Below the pieces are notes generated by a model that saw only the letters and a list, made by a program, of their open reading frames with translations, was not told the DNA's origin and did not search any database. Source: Amoebophrya sp. A120 (taxonomy: Eukaryota; Protista; Dinoflagellata). From it: 64,000 nt of DNA. A program made the position numbers and the translations under genes. Numbering within the stretch: position 1 is the first letter of the stretch; each line of letters begins with the position of its first letter. Location: contig CAJINV010000011.1 in NCBI GenBank assembly GCA_905178155.1, forward strand, positions 767,982 through 831,981. Reading direction: 5' to 3'. This document shows, piece after piece, positions 11,784-25,700 of the stretch.

Positions 11784-14700
11784 ATGAGAATCCTATTGAT
11801 CCCGCTGCTCCTGGCGGCGATTTTTTGCCACCTCGGCGCACAGGAACTCTTCGGAGTGCTGGGCTCCGCATCATTTTCCACCCCCTCGAGAAGTACAGAA
11901 GCCGCAGGTAGTGCCGAACAGCAAAGCACAGCACCAACGCCTGACCCCGCCGAGGACACGACGACCAAAAGCGTCTCTGCTCGTCAGCTCTACAGCATGG
12001 ACGCCCCAACTACACAGCAGGCCCACCTCTCCATGGCGACGGACATACCCAGTAGCTCGGGGGAGCTGACAGGGTTCAAGTGCGCTCCTTCGGCGTGTGA
12101 GGAGTTTGTTCCCGGGCAGCGGGACGACGACTGCTGCGCCTTTCCCTGGATGGCGGGGTGCGCGCCCGGACACCTGTACACGGAAGGCCGGCTTGGGTGC
12201 GGCCACGGCTACGATAATGGTGCGTACAGCACCTGCTGCATTCCGAAAGCGCACTACGACCAGAACCAGGGCATGTTTTGCAACAGATTGAAGGAGTGTG
12301 TGTTCAAGGAAAAAGCCGCGGCGGGCGGTGAAACTGTGGATCCGAGTCAGACGTGGAAAGAGGACGGGGATGGTGGGTCCGAGGAACCGGGAGATAATGA
12401 CGTGTCTGCTGAGGAAACTCCCTTCCGGTGGAACGAGAATGACGAGTACGAGCGACAGGGGTACAATCCGCCAGACGACATCGCGGCCAATACAGAGAAG
12501 TGCATCTTGGCTGCCTGCCAGGAGTACGAGCCGGGGCGTTTGGACACGGACTGCTGTGCGCACCCGGAAGTGGCGTTTTGTGGAAACGCACTGACGTACG
12601 CGCCCGGCGCGGAGGGGTGCGGGTGGGACCTGAGGCAGGGGCAGCGGAGCACGTGTTGCTACGACCCAAACATTTGGAGCGAGGGCGACATCACAGCGAC
12701 GCAAGAAGCCCCAGCCGCGAACAACGTGGGCGAAAGACTTCCTAACCACCATTCCCCGCCGGACGACATTACTGCGGACCCGAACTGCCACATCGAAGCG
12801 TGCCAAGAGTACGAAATTGGGACGCCGGATTCGGATTGTTGCGCCTTCGAGGGATTTTGTGCGTCAGGATTCCGGTACGAACCCCGGGCCGCCGGTTGTG
12901 GGTGGGGTCTGGAGGATATGAGAGTTGTGCACAACTTCTCCTCCCACGCATTTGCATGGCATGAGCAGCAATACACAAACACCAACACTACATCACTTGG
13001 AGCCTGTGCATGACAAGTTCACGGGCCGAGTGTAGTATTGTTTCGGGTTGTTCCGAAATTTGTCATGCAAACAGTGCCACAAGGCACCAAGTGATCAATT
13101 GTGGACTTTGCATCACAAATGAGGGGGAGGGGGGGTTGTGCACTCTCATCGTGGAGGGGGCGTTCTCGACGTGCTGCATCAGGGATGAACAAGGTACAGG
13201 CAGCGCTAATACCGGTGCTAGCACTTCTCAGCAGTCCTCTCGTGGCAGTTCTTCTTCCTCGATGACTGCGTCCGTGAGGAGTGGTGATTTCACCGCGAGC
13301 TCCGACAGCGCGGTGCCCATTGCGAGGACCGCTCCGATGCTTTCCAACGCCGAGCTCATGGCGCGGTACAATGCCTGGGCGGCGGCGAACGGTGGCAACA
13401 TCGCGGAGACCGAGACACAGCCGCCAGGCCCGGAGGATCACTTTTACAAAAGGTTATCCGCAGCACCCGGCTCCGCGACGTGGCTTATCAAGGCGGACCG
13501 GGAGGGAGAAAGAGCGGAGACCGAAGTGGTTTGTGAGTTACCAGCGTGCGAGGAATTCGTGAAGGGGAACAGTGATAGCGATTGTTGCGCGATCCCGCGC
13601 ATGGCAAGCTGCGCAATCGGGCATCGGTATTTACCATTGATCCGGAACTGCGGGGGAAAGAACGACATGGGCAGTCGGGTGACGTGTTGTGTGAAAGATG
13701 ATTCCGGCTCTTTCAACACGGAAAAAGACACGGGTAGAAAATGGTTTGATCGTGTGTTCGGGGCCGGAACTGCAGAGCCCGATTTCTGCATCCCGGGGTT
13801 CCCCAGGCCCGCGAATCCGTACACCTGTGCCGCGCAGCCGGCGAGCACAGGTGCTTCTAGTAACAGTGATAACAGCTACGCCTTCTTCGACGCGGAGATA
13901 ATTAAGGCGAATACGACTTCCGAGGAACGGCTGCCAAAAGACGTGACTGGCACTGCCTTGATGACCGACCAAGCGTACAAAAACGGAAAAGAAGCCGGTC
14001 TGCGCAACAGCGTCGCGCTCGCCGCGGATTTGGATGTTTCGATGGTGCAAGTGAAGGCGACAGGGTTTCACGTAGTTGAGAGGGAAATAACGGGAAGCAG
14101 AAGAAAGCTCAGCACTACGACGCCTGCATCTGCGGTGCAGACGGTGCAAACCTCTTTTATAGTGAAGTCCATGGACGCAACCAATGCCCGCGTCGCCGCT
14201 AGTCTGACGGACCGCGCGGCCACAGCGCGGATTCAGGCCATGACCGAGGAAGCCATGCGGACGAACCAGCGAAGCGCGGGATCGGATTCCGTGGTGCGTG
14301 GCGCTTGGCAGATGGAGAGTGTCCGTCCGGTGGATGTGCAGGGGAGCTGCGTTACCCGGGCAAACAAGGACTATTGCGAAGTCTACAGCCGGACCTCGTT
14401 TTCTGATGAACGCGGAAGCCGTTCGCAGGACGAGGACGGGAGTAGTGTGTTGCTGCTCGTTTGTCTGCTGGTCGCAGGTGGGTGCTTATTGGCTGGGTGC
14501 GTTTTTTGCTACGGTGGATATGGTAGTTGTACAAGAGCCTTCCCGTGGTCGCGTTTCGGTTTATTTGGAAACAAGAACCAGGCAAGTAAAGTTGTAAACC
14601 GTTACGCCACGACGATTTCGCCTGGCGATCTTCAGCATGCGGTGAGCAACATCAAGCCTGGAGTAAGCAGACAGCAACAGAAAGAAACCCATGAAAACTT

Positions 14701-15166
14701 ATCAGAAATGCGTTCCTCCCAGGCCGCACTGCCCCTTGCGATCATGGAAATGCCGTCGATCGGGGAGAACGGCAGTGCCGCGGCCGGGGCTGACTATCCG
14801 GTCGGCGGGGAGGTTGCTGTGGAGAAAGTGAGGAAGAAGGGAAGTGGTTCTGCGAAAAAGCAGCAGAGCAGACAGCGGCGGGTAACCAGTGGTGATGCAG
14901 CACTCTCCGATGAGAACTTGGCGTCGCTTCCAAACCGGAGCGGAATTGCTTCCACGTCGAGGCGAACGCGAACAACTACGGGGCCAAGCATGGATACGGT
15001 TTCTGTCTCCACTGTTAACACAGCGACCACCCGGGCTTCGACAACCGCAACTGCCAGCTCGACGGCCTCGCTGGCCATTGGCGCAAGTAGTGGTAGTGCC
15101 ACTTCTTACAACCGTCAAGTAAATTCGAACATGCCGCCTGGAAGAGGACCGGGGCGGCGGTCGTGA
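11784..15166 (+). CDS. Type I membrane protein: signal peptide, four Cys-rich repeats (AC.E[FY]..G..D.DCCA....C..G..Y....CG.....TCC), one TM helix, S/T-rich tail; exons 11784-12915, 13158-15166
   Basis: Hydrophobic N-terminus MRILLIPLLLAAIFC and TM VLLLVCLLVAGGCLLAGCVFC at ~14445-14510. Removing the element restores repeat 3 (GCGWGLEGAFSTCC). Confidence 0.8.
12916..13151. mobile_element. Introner-like TIR element, family C (slightly degenerate ends)
   Basis: ATATGAGAGTTGTGCACAAC...GTTGTGCACTCTCATCG; flanking direct repeat TGGAGG. Confidence 0.82.
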
Positions 15167-16704
15167 AGAGCAATGCGGCGAGGCTACAATAGCAGAGACA
15201 CGTTGATTTATGAATCGGACAAAATTTTTGAAAATTAAGAAAAGCAAGATTGTGCATGGAATAGCACATTAAAACCTTTGACAGGGTACACATTTGGTGG
15301 ATTTCTTCATAGGCGGTGTAATCAAAAAATCTCGAAAACGAGAAAGGGAAGAGTCTATCGATTCGCCTAGAAGACATCAGCGGTCTTTCTTCAGTTCAAA
15401 AGAAATCTTGTAGTTACATCAAAAAAGGTGAAAGCATTTGTTTCAGACCTAGGTAGCGTTATTGCTATTCGTAATGCTAGTTTCGTTTCTATGTGTAACT
15501 CCGAAAAAGAGCTGTCGCTGTAAAACGACGCTATTTTTCCGACACGCACTTTGGAAAGTGTATCGGAATAAAGTCTACGTACTGGAGCACACAGACACAG
15601 ATTTCTATACCTGAGAGAAGATGAACCACGTTAAGTTTAATGTGGAAAAAGTTTGGAAATGTAAAAGTACTTAAATGGTGCGCGTGCGCGACCGTACAAT
15701 CGGAAAAGCCTCGACCACCACCTGACGTGAGGCGAAAAGGAATTCCCTGGACCCAATAGTGGTCGTGTTTCTCGTCTCTTGTGCAGGCACAGAAGATCAC
15801 GATGTCGATAATCGTCAAGAATCTCACCACTGCCAGATTTCAGGCAGTCAATCTTCGTACTTTTTTGTCTTTCGTCAGTAACCTTAACCAATAAATAAGT
15901 AAGTGAGTTTTTCGTGTGCTGAAGCTTTTTGTTTGTAATGCCGTAAAGTACGTCGAGTACGAGATCTAAGTACATCAGAACTGCCTCATTGATAGGTTCA
16001 ACAGATGAAACACTCACAAATTTTGCATCTCGTGCTCGTGGAACTTCGTGAAGAAAATTGGAGTGTGTCATTTGATGTTTCATTCGTTTGTTCCAGGTCC
16101 GGTCGTGTTTTCTTTTTGTGACGCAATTTTTTTTTCATCCTACGTTTTCCTTTCGGTTTTGTGACGAGGGCAATTACAAAGGTGTGGCTCCGATCGGACA
16201 CACAGGTGGGCCAAATTGCAGTGGTTTTGAGGCCTCATCTTGTACATGATCATTTTCATTATCACGCTAAATATCGTAGTGTGCTCCTTGTTTGAAGATT
16301 CGTGATGAGTTAGTAGACACTGCCACTCATCTACTTAAGTGGCAAACAACAATACCGCATCCGCAGCATAGAAAAATAGAACGCAAATTGTTTTTTTTGC
16401 TGCCATGGCTCCTCTGCTCTCTCGTCGTCGCAACGTGAAGACCTGTTGTCTTGTTTCGCGTCTGGCAATTTCGCAAGCGGAACGCGAAAGGGCCCGCTGT
16501 TCCAGCGTGCTGCGAGCGGAGCCAAACGGCGTGCAGCGTAGTGCGGAGCGCTCGACGCACGACGGCGCGACGCATGGACAAGGAATCAGGAGGAGCTACA
16601 ACGGGCCCTTCCTGAGCAGGAATGCGACTACGCATTTCGAACCCTGACTCGGACTTGTACGAGTGCAGCCACGAGCCCGCACTAACAGGACCAACTTGGT
16701 CAAC

Positions 16705-19700
16705 ATGTCGTCGCGAAAACGTAGGAAGAAGCTCCTGGCGCACTGGGCCAGCGTCGCGGCGAGACTGACAAGTTCTTTGTTTTTCCTTCACATCAGTAGG
16801 CCGTTACTGCACATCATGATGATGCTCTACTTTTTTCTGCATGTCCTTCTGAGTAGTCTGTATGACCACCTCCCGCCAGCACCAGCACTCGGAGTTGTAC
16901 ACGCCCTCACCACCGCGGTGGCCGAGGAGACCATGACCTTGGAAACCTACATCCGGAGGAAGGTGGAGTGCGAGTCTTGCCATTTAAGGCACTACGCCCC
17001 CCGGATTTTCAAGTGGAACTTCAAGTACAACAAGTTTTTCGGGCACCACGGCCAGTACAACTACGAGCTGCAGTCCTTGAGTGACACGCTGCAAAAAAAG
17101 CCCTTCGAGTTACCGTTTTCCGAAGTGGCGTTCGAGAAGCTGGTGAAAATTATCGACGACCCGGGATGGTGGGAGTGGGAGCGGATTAAAAACGTGAAAA
17201 AGTCCGTCGCCGACTGGCACCTGTTATCCTGATTAAAAACGTCCCCACACAACCAGAATCTTCAAGATGGGAAATCTGCTAGACAAATCACACAGCAGCT
17301 TTGGTTGTTTGGCACGACAAGTTTCTTGTCCTCGTAGTGTAATCCTGTTTAGCTAGCTCAGAAGCGTCACAGATCTAGCATTTCATGCTGATTTTAGCAT
17401 CACAAATCCCAAAACACGAATAGAGAAGGCTTCTCATAGGGCTCCGCATGAGAAACTTTTTTGGCATGCAATTGCATGACAACTCTGGGGAAGTAGTGGG
17501 GACGTTTTTACTCAGAATACCTGTTCCGAGACACCTACGACGGCATTCACTGGAGCAGGATCGCGTACGAGCTGGAGGTGGACAAAAACTGCGTGCGCGT
17601 GTGGCAGCCCTGGAGCGAGTGCTCGGTGACCTGCGGGCCCGGGGGCCGGGTGCACCGGTGGTGGCGGTACGCCGACCGGGAAGACCAGCCACCGACCGCG
17701 AGAAACTGCGGCCCCGAGCGGGACGCGGACACCCTACGCGGGGAACAGGAGGTGCATTTTGACGAGATCGCGCCGTGCACGAACTTCATGCGGCCGATGC
17801 CCCGGTGCCCGCCAAGGCCGGAGATGCCGGACGAGGGGCCCGACGACCTGGTGCATCCGCACTACAACGCGTTGAACCCCTACTGCGACGGCCAGCAGTT
17901 TGCCTGGCTGCGCTACAACTTCGTGAGCTCTACTGAAAACCCCGGCGCACTGGTCCTCGCGGCGGAGAGGGGTCAGCACAGGCAAAACCAAGACGGACAT
18001 CACGCAGCGCCGTACTTCACGTTCCCCCGGGGGGACTTGTGCGCGATCGACTTGTGGCAAAACGAGGTGTACTTTTACAATAACGTTGACATTCCCTCCT
18101 TGAATCGGAAGGCGTTTACGGACGCGCGCAACTTCAACCCCTCGGAGTATCAATTCTCGGTAAACCAAATTGTCGACCAGGCGGGACAGACGATCCGGGA
18201 GGACGGTTGGCCGATCCACTACCGGGAGACGCAGTACTCCTACTTTCGGTGCAAGCGGGCCCTAGAGTACGTGAACAAATTGGAACAGTACCTTTTCAAA
18301 GACACCGACCACAAAGACGAGGTGAAGCTGGTGCCCGCGCTGCGCCACAAGGCCCCGGTCACCGCCGCGGAGATGCAAACGGCGCTGACAAAAAAGGTCC
18401 AACAAGGCGAAATCGGGGACGGCGACGGGTCCGGCGTGGAGAGCCTGCCGCTGTTCCGGAACTTCCAGGTGCACGGTTATCTCAAGGGGAGGGAGATGAT
18501 GCAGTGGAAGTGCGAGAAGATCTGCGACTACTTACCGGAGTGTGTGTTGTACAGCTACCTGGGTCATCGGCCGGACGATGATCCAGAGCAGAATGATGAT
18601 ACAGGGGCCGACGAGAGGACGACCTCTCCGGACGACACCTCTGGCGAGGCCGGGGCGGCGTCGGAAGTCGAGAGCCAGGACCACTGGTGCTTCCCGAAAT
18701 CGAAGCGCAACGGCGGGAAGCAGGTGGGGCACAAGGAGGTGCGGAACTACCCGACCGGGCGGGGCGGGGAGGTGACAACCGACGTGCCGGTGGACAGTTT
18801 CGGGTCCCTGGGGTTCGGGGTCTGCATGCGCCGCGTGTGCGAGGATGAGCAGGAGCACGACATTGCCGTGGACAAGTACGGGCTGGGCTCTGAGGTCGTT
18901 TTGCGGTCCAAGTGCCAGAAGCCGATCCACTGCGAGCTGACCGAGTGGTACTACCCGAAAACCTGCACGAAAGAGAAGAACGTGGACTACTCGAAGCACT
19001 GGAAACTGAAGCGGCTGAAAAACGACGAGGTGCTGGAGCACAGCCGGGGGCAGGCCACGACGTCGCGGGGCCACCGGCGCAAAGTGCAGCGGTTGGAGGA
19101 GTGTCGCGAGATCTGCCGCCGTTCGGAACTGTGCGATGCGTACGCGTGGTGGAGGTTGGAGGCCGCGGCCGAGGAAGACCAGGGAAGGTGCAAGTTGCTG
19201 GAGCGCCGGGACGCGGACTCGCCGGGCGACTTTTTGGAAATGTGGAATGCGGACGTGATCAGCGGGGTGTGCAGTCAGCCGACCTGCTCGGCCGCTTGCC
19301 GCCGCGACAAGGACACCGCGCACGGCTTCAAGTACCAGGTCCGCGACATTTTGGTGCACCCGCAGTTTGGCGGCACGGAGTGCAGTGAGACGCTGCTGCA
19401 CCGGGACCGGTGCGAGGCCGACCCGGAGAACGACATCTGCCCGCCGCGGGCGCCCCAGGACGGCTGGGGGCTGCCCTGGGACCCGGACGGCACGGAGCCC
19501 TACGACAAGGCGTACTGCCAGGTGGACAGCGAAGTGACCATTCAGGGGAGAAAAAACCGGGACCTGTGCCTGCACGAGTCGCTCGACCGGACCGACGGCG
19601 AACTGGACTGCTGCGTCGACATGTACAAAATTGCGACGATGGGCTACCACCAGCCGGAACAGTGGTGGAAGGGGAAGGAGCAGCTGCCCTACAAGGAGCA

Positions 19701-22700
19701 GTGCGCGGACGGCTACTTCAACCTTTTCGACTGGACGCAGAAGCTGACGCGGCGCAACTGCGTCCACGATGGGAGCAACGACGCGGAGTTCACCACCGCA
19801 AATGCGCAGGCCGCGGTGTGTTGCGTCCCCCTAGGGCACACGTTCACCGACGAGTGCGAACTGTCCGACTGGCGCATGCCGCGCAAGGAGTGCGGTTACG
19901 AGCAGGACTGGGATTACTTCGGGGGAGACTTGCACGAGAACACCGCCTATTACACCATCACGGGGGCCGAGTGCAAGACGCTGTGCGAGTTAAAACCAGA
20001 CTGCACCGCCTACACCTGGGTCCACGATATTGACGACACCTGCCGGCTGAAACAGTTGCGGGGTGTGTCGGGTACTATCGATCCCGTGCAGGCAGTGAAA
20101 GACCCTTTTGATCTGAACTGGGAGACCGGACAGCGGGTCCACAGGGACGTCGGCGGGCAGTGCGCGGAGCAGTGGCCGTTTGCGTACCGGGACTACCAGG
20201 TGGTCACAAAACCGCCCTGCTCCAAGTCCTGCGGCGGGGGTCTCAGGTACTTCACGCGCGAGATCCTCCAGCACCCGCAATCCCTGGTCGACGAGCTGAG
20301 CACCGATTTGTCGCCCTACCGCACTTGTGGTTCTCTCCTAAAAATCGAGATCTGCAACATTCAGGAGTGTCCGACGCCGACCACGCCGACGACCACGCCC
20401 TATGAAATGCAGAAGTATCGTACTAGTATGAATTGCATTTGTACAAATTTGCTCAGCATTTACAAATTAAATTTGTAATGCGGATTTGCCTTAGGAACCT
20501 TGTAAAAATGCATAAATGCAATTAGTACGAGTGCGATACTTTTGCACAGGATACGCTCCGCCCGCCGATCACGACGCCGGCACCCGTGCCGTCGTCCACC
20601 ACCCCGGCGCCTACACCGGAGCCGACCCCTGTGGGGCCCGCGCCGGTGCTGCCGGAGCCCAGCGACGCGATGCGGAAGCTGGCGGCGCGGCCACCATATG
20701 AATTGCAAAAGCATCATAGTCGTACTAGTATAAATTGCATTTCAAATTTTCTCAGCATGAAAAATTGAATTTGTCATGCTGTTTCACCTTGGAAAGAAAA
20801 TTTGTCATGCATGCCTGCAATTTTAGTACGAGTACGATGCTTTTGCACAGGATACTCCGATGGGCTGGGCGAGCTGGAGCGCGTACGGGGAAGAGGTGGA
20901 CGCGGGGAAAATCACCCAGGTGTATCCAAGAAAAAAAGTGTGTAAGTAAGGTTAAGTCTGTGATGCAGGAAATTCTAAACTGTTTACACTTGTCTTTGTC
21001 ATGCTAGAGGTGCGTCATAGGCCACTTTCATAGGTGTTTCCACGTACTAGCTGCGCATGTCGGGTTACTTTCTATATGTAATGCAAAACGAATTTGTGAT
21101 GCTGATCTTCCGTACAAAGTTACACTTACACAGTTTTTTTCCTGGATAAGGTGCTGGAAGAGTTCAAGGAGGGGTCGGATTGGCACGACGCCGGCTACAA
21201 CCTGATCGAGATTAGCGACGGGTACCAGCAGTGCACCCCGAGTGAAAATCTCGCCCGCATGCACCCGGGCCGGTTTCACCAGGAAGCTACCGAATCGCGC
21301 ACCTTCGTTGGCACCACCACCACCAGCAGTACTTCTAGTACCACCACGGTGAGTAGCACGGTGACCACGGTGACCAGCCCGGCGGGGGTCGCCGTGTTCC
21401 CTCAGCCGGATTTGGACCAAATGTTCGACAGCACCGACGAGGGACACCTGAAGTGGCAGGATTTTACGAAGGGCAACGATCCCGGCGTGAACGAGTTTTC
21501 CCTGGACCGGTGGCAGGCGTACTGGTACGAGCGGAACCCACCGAACGACTACTACGGCCCCACGTTTTACCTGATGCAGCGCCGGTATAAATTGAACGCC
21601 CAGAGGACGATCCACCTAAACGCCGACTGGGACAACACGATGAACACATGGCTGAAGGGCACGGGGCAGAAGTTGGATGCTTCTGTATCCTGAGTAAAAA
21701 CGTCCCCACCACAGAGTTGTCATGCAAGTGCACAATGACAGGAACGTTTGTCATGCGTAGCTCCATGAGAGACATTTTCCAATCGTGATTTGGAATTTGT
21801 AATGTTGTAAACTGGATTAGAAAATGGCTTTCTCATGCGGCTTCGGCTTCCCTTGCCAGCGAGTACTACACAGCAGAGGAAAACTTGTCATGCACAGCTC
21901 CCAAAAAAAGGAGATTTGTGTTGCTAGATTCCCAACTTGACTATGGGGTGGGGACGTTTTTACTTTGGATAGTCTAAGAAACCGAAGCTGCTGACCGACG
22001 AGGACGACGACTGGGACGAGGTCATGACCCGGTACTATGCATTGCAAATATGCCTGGGTCTGGAAGGATGCAAACTTGTGATGCGCATTTTAAACGACAC
22101 AAATTACTATCTATTATATTCATGCGAAAAAAGAGGTCTACAGAGGGTAGACGAGAGGTGGCCGAGAGGTCAAAAAGAGGTCAAAAGAGGTCAAAAAGAG
22201 GTCGACAGAGGTGGAGAGGTGGCGCGGGAGGTCATTCGGGAGGGTGGCCGAGAGGTGGCGCGGGTATAGCGAGCCGAGCCGTTCACCCTAAAGCCGCGCC
22301 TATAGGGACCAGAGGGGGCCGAGAGGGTGCCAAGAGGGTAGGCGAGAGGGGGACAGAGGTGCCGAGAGGTTGCGCGAATAAGGGCGAACCTCTCGCGCAC
22401 CCTCCTGGCCACCTCTCGGCCACCTCTGTAGACCTCTACCGGCGAGTATAGCCGGACTATTAGCAAAACCTCTCGGGAGAGGTAAAAAAGAGGGTCTGCG
22501 AGAGGGTACAAACAGCCCGAATCCGCCCGGTATTCGGCCGATCTTCTGGGGATTTTTGCATCGCTTGGGCCCGCACCCTCTCGCGCCACCCTCTCGCGCA
22601 CCCTCTCGCGCCACCCTCTCGCGCCACCCTCTCGCGCACCCTCTCGCGCCACCCTCTCGCGATACCCTCTTGCGCCAGCAGTTCCGTCGGCCGGGAAGCC

Positions 22701-25700
22701 ATTGGGCGGGGGCGGGAGAGTGATCAACACAGGGCAGCGCGGTCCCCCTTGTGCTTCGGCACTTACGCCGAGGCGGCTTCTCTTTGCCCCCAAGCTTCGC
22801 TGCAGCTGCTCCCTGCGCATAGCGCCTAAAGGCGCGGGAAGCGCGCAGGAGACCCTGCGGGTTTGCATGGCGCAAAACGGCGACAGTATGTTCCTCGGGG
22901 GGGGGGCTGTCGCGCTGCGTCCAAAGCTCCTGGCGCGGCGTCCCGATCCGCAAATAGTCCGCCCCGCCACAACAGCCTAGCGCCCCGGCGTCAGCCGGGG
23001 CATGGCTGGTATCTGTCATGCAACATGGACAGCAAAAGTTCCCCACTTCTTATCACTGAAGGCGGGGATTTCTCATGCGGATTAGGCATTAGGAAACCTC
23101 CTCAAAACCTGTGATGCTGGGGCGGGCGTGCCAGACCTGCTTGGTCAGGCAAGAAAAGCATGGCAAACATCTGCACTCGTCCAGACCCAGACATATTTGC
23201 AGTTGATAGGTACGAGTGGGAAACCATTGCGCACAGAAAAGCCTTCTCCGATGCCGGTGTGCCTATTATACCGAAAGACCACTCGCACAGCATTCTCACG
23301 AAGGAGGCGGTAACGGCGCTGTGGGCAGAGTACTACGAGTACAAAAAACAGAACCCGACCGTTCACGTGTTTCCGGAAGACGCCGTGCAGGGCGAAACGG
23401 CGGGCTTCAGTGCGCAAGAAAGCGGACAGGCATCAACTCCCGCCCCGGGAAGTACTTCTAGAGAGCCAGGAGAGCTTCCCCAGGAGCAGGGAGGGACCAC
23501 CGGCGGCCAAGAAGAGCAAGATCCGGACTCGGTCACGCGAACCTACAACCTCCGGCCGGTGGAGTGGGACACAAGAAAATTCCCGGATGTCGCCTCCTTG
23601 GCGCGCACGACCAAGGAGAAGAAGCTGCGGCTGGGGTGGTTCGTGAACAACTGCATGTGCGTCGAGCATCCCGGGTTCATCCAGGACTGGCGGAGTAACT
23701 ACGATGCCGGGGTGGGGCTGGCGGCAGAGCTGCGCGGAGACCTGGCGGAGGTGGTGGATCACGATTTTGCGTCCCTCAAGATTGACACGTGCGGCGCCAT
23801 ATCAAATGCAAATATGTCTGGGTCTGGGACGAGATTGCGAGATTTGTCTTGCTAGTCTGGCAACCCAGATGAACCACGGAAAAACTTGTCATGCTGGGCA
23901 GCGCATTGCAGTGTGGCCATTATTCCCTTCCTTGCATCACAAGTTCCAGACCCAGACATGATCTTTGCATTCCATACGCCAAGGGGCACGTGCGAACCTG
24001 GGTGAAGGAGCTGGACGCGATTGGACAGCAGAGCATATGAGAGTGCACAACGCGTCGTCCCCCTCATTTGTATTGCATGAACAGCGACACTAAGCACCCT
24101 CACCTATGGAGCCTGTGCATGACAAGTTCTTCACGCGTGTATATCTAGTACTGTTTGGGCTCCTTCCCCTTCCGGAATCTGTCATGCGAACAGTACCACA
24201 GAGCAGCACTTGGATTTGGTATTTCGCATGACAAATGAAGCGGGGGACGAGGGAGAGTTGTGCGCTCTCATAGAGCACCATTCTGCAGCACAAGTCGCAC
24301 GGAAACGGGGACCCCAGACGTTTCCCGGCCCAGTTCGCGACCAGTTCGGGCGATTGTGCCTACCACGTCGCATTCACCGCGCGCGACATCCACGCGACCT
24401 TTCGGGACATCTACATGAACCTGCAGTCCGTGCGACTCCCAAGCTACGTGGGGCCCCACTGCTGGGCCAGCCCCGGGGAGTTGCAGATTGGCAACACGGA
24501 GCGGTACGTGTATATGCAAAGAGAAATGTGTTTTGCAGTATACACATTCACATTGTTTTGCAGGACCGGCAAGACAGACCACCTTTGTCATGCAGGAAAT
24601 GCTTTCAAATTCCATCATCGTTTCCTACCTACATTCCCTGGTGATCATTGCATTGCAAGTTTTCCCTATCATGCTGAAATTACAACAAATGTGTAACTGT
24701 CACACTTTTTTCGTGGGATAGTGTTCGATTTGAGCCAAGTGGGCTCGGATGGAGACGACACGCAAACGGAGTTTTCGTCGGTGGAGGACGAGACGCACTT
24801 TTATGAGACGAGTGCACAAGAACTCCCCCTCCCACTCATTCGTCATGCAGAACCCCAAATCCAGGTGCTCGTGCTGCCTTGTGGCACTCTTTGTATGATA
24901 GATTCCGGAAGCCCGCACAGCACTGCACTAGGCGCATGATTTTGCCATGCACAGGCTCCACGTGTGCTCGGGTTTGTATTGCTATTGCTGCTCATGCCGT
25001 ACAAATGAGAGGGAGGGGGAGTTGTGCACACTCATAACTTTGCGCTGTGGTGCATCACCTCCAGTCCGTTGGTACTCAGCTTTCCGCTGATAAAGCGCGG
25101 GGCGGCTGGTGGTAGTACGCCGGCAGCACCACTTCGCCACCAGCAAGTGATCGATTACGTGAAGCGAATCGTGATAAACAAGGTCGCAATTGCGATCGAC
25201 CAAATCCACGTGAACGACGTCGGGCGCCGCGTCTACGCCTGGGACGGCGACTTTGAAACGGAGAAAATCCGCTACGCTTGGGTGCAGCCCTGCCGGGAGG
25301 TCAGCGACGAGCACAAACGGGGTCGTTGGCGTAAAGACCCAACCACCGGGGGCGTCCACTGGGTGGATGGGATTTCGGGGGAGCGGTTTTGCCTGAGCTT
25401 TCAGACGTGGATGGACCACGCGCTGGTACTCGGTAAGAGGTGCAGGCCCACTCGAGACAACATCCGGGTGCGCCTGCCTATTAACTGTAATGAACAGCAA
25501 CCAGTACCACCTGCAGCAGTACCATCCGCACAAGCACAACAAGGAAGTCCGGGCGCGCCGGCGGGCAGCGGCTTTTTGGAGAAGGGTTCTATTGGAGGTT
25601 CTTCATCTTCCCCTATGGATAGTAGGACACCGACAGCGCCGCGAGAAGATGAACAGCAAGAAGCCGAAGCGCTGCTGCAGCTACAGGAAAAAAAAATCCT

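Noticed and set aside
11871-19767. Long antisense ORFs (311 aa, 411 aa)
   Set aside because: Shadows of GC3-rich sense coding sequence.
22050-23046. Long ORFs (133-259 aa) on both strands
   Set aside because: Low-complexity translations of GC-rich repeats inside the Helitron-like insert, with no Rep/helicase motifs.
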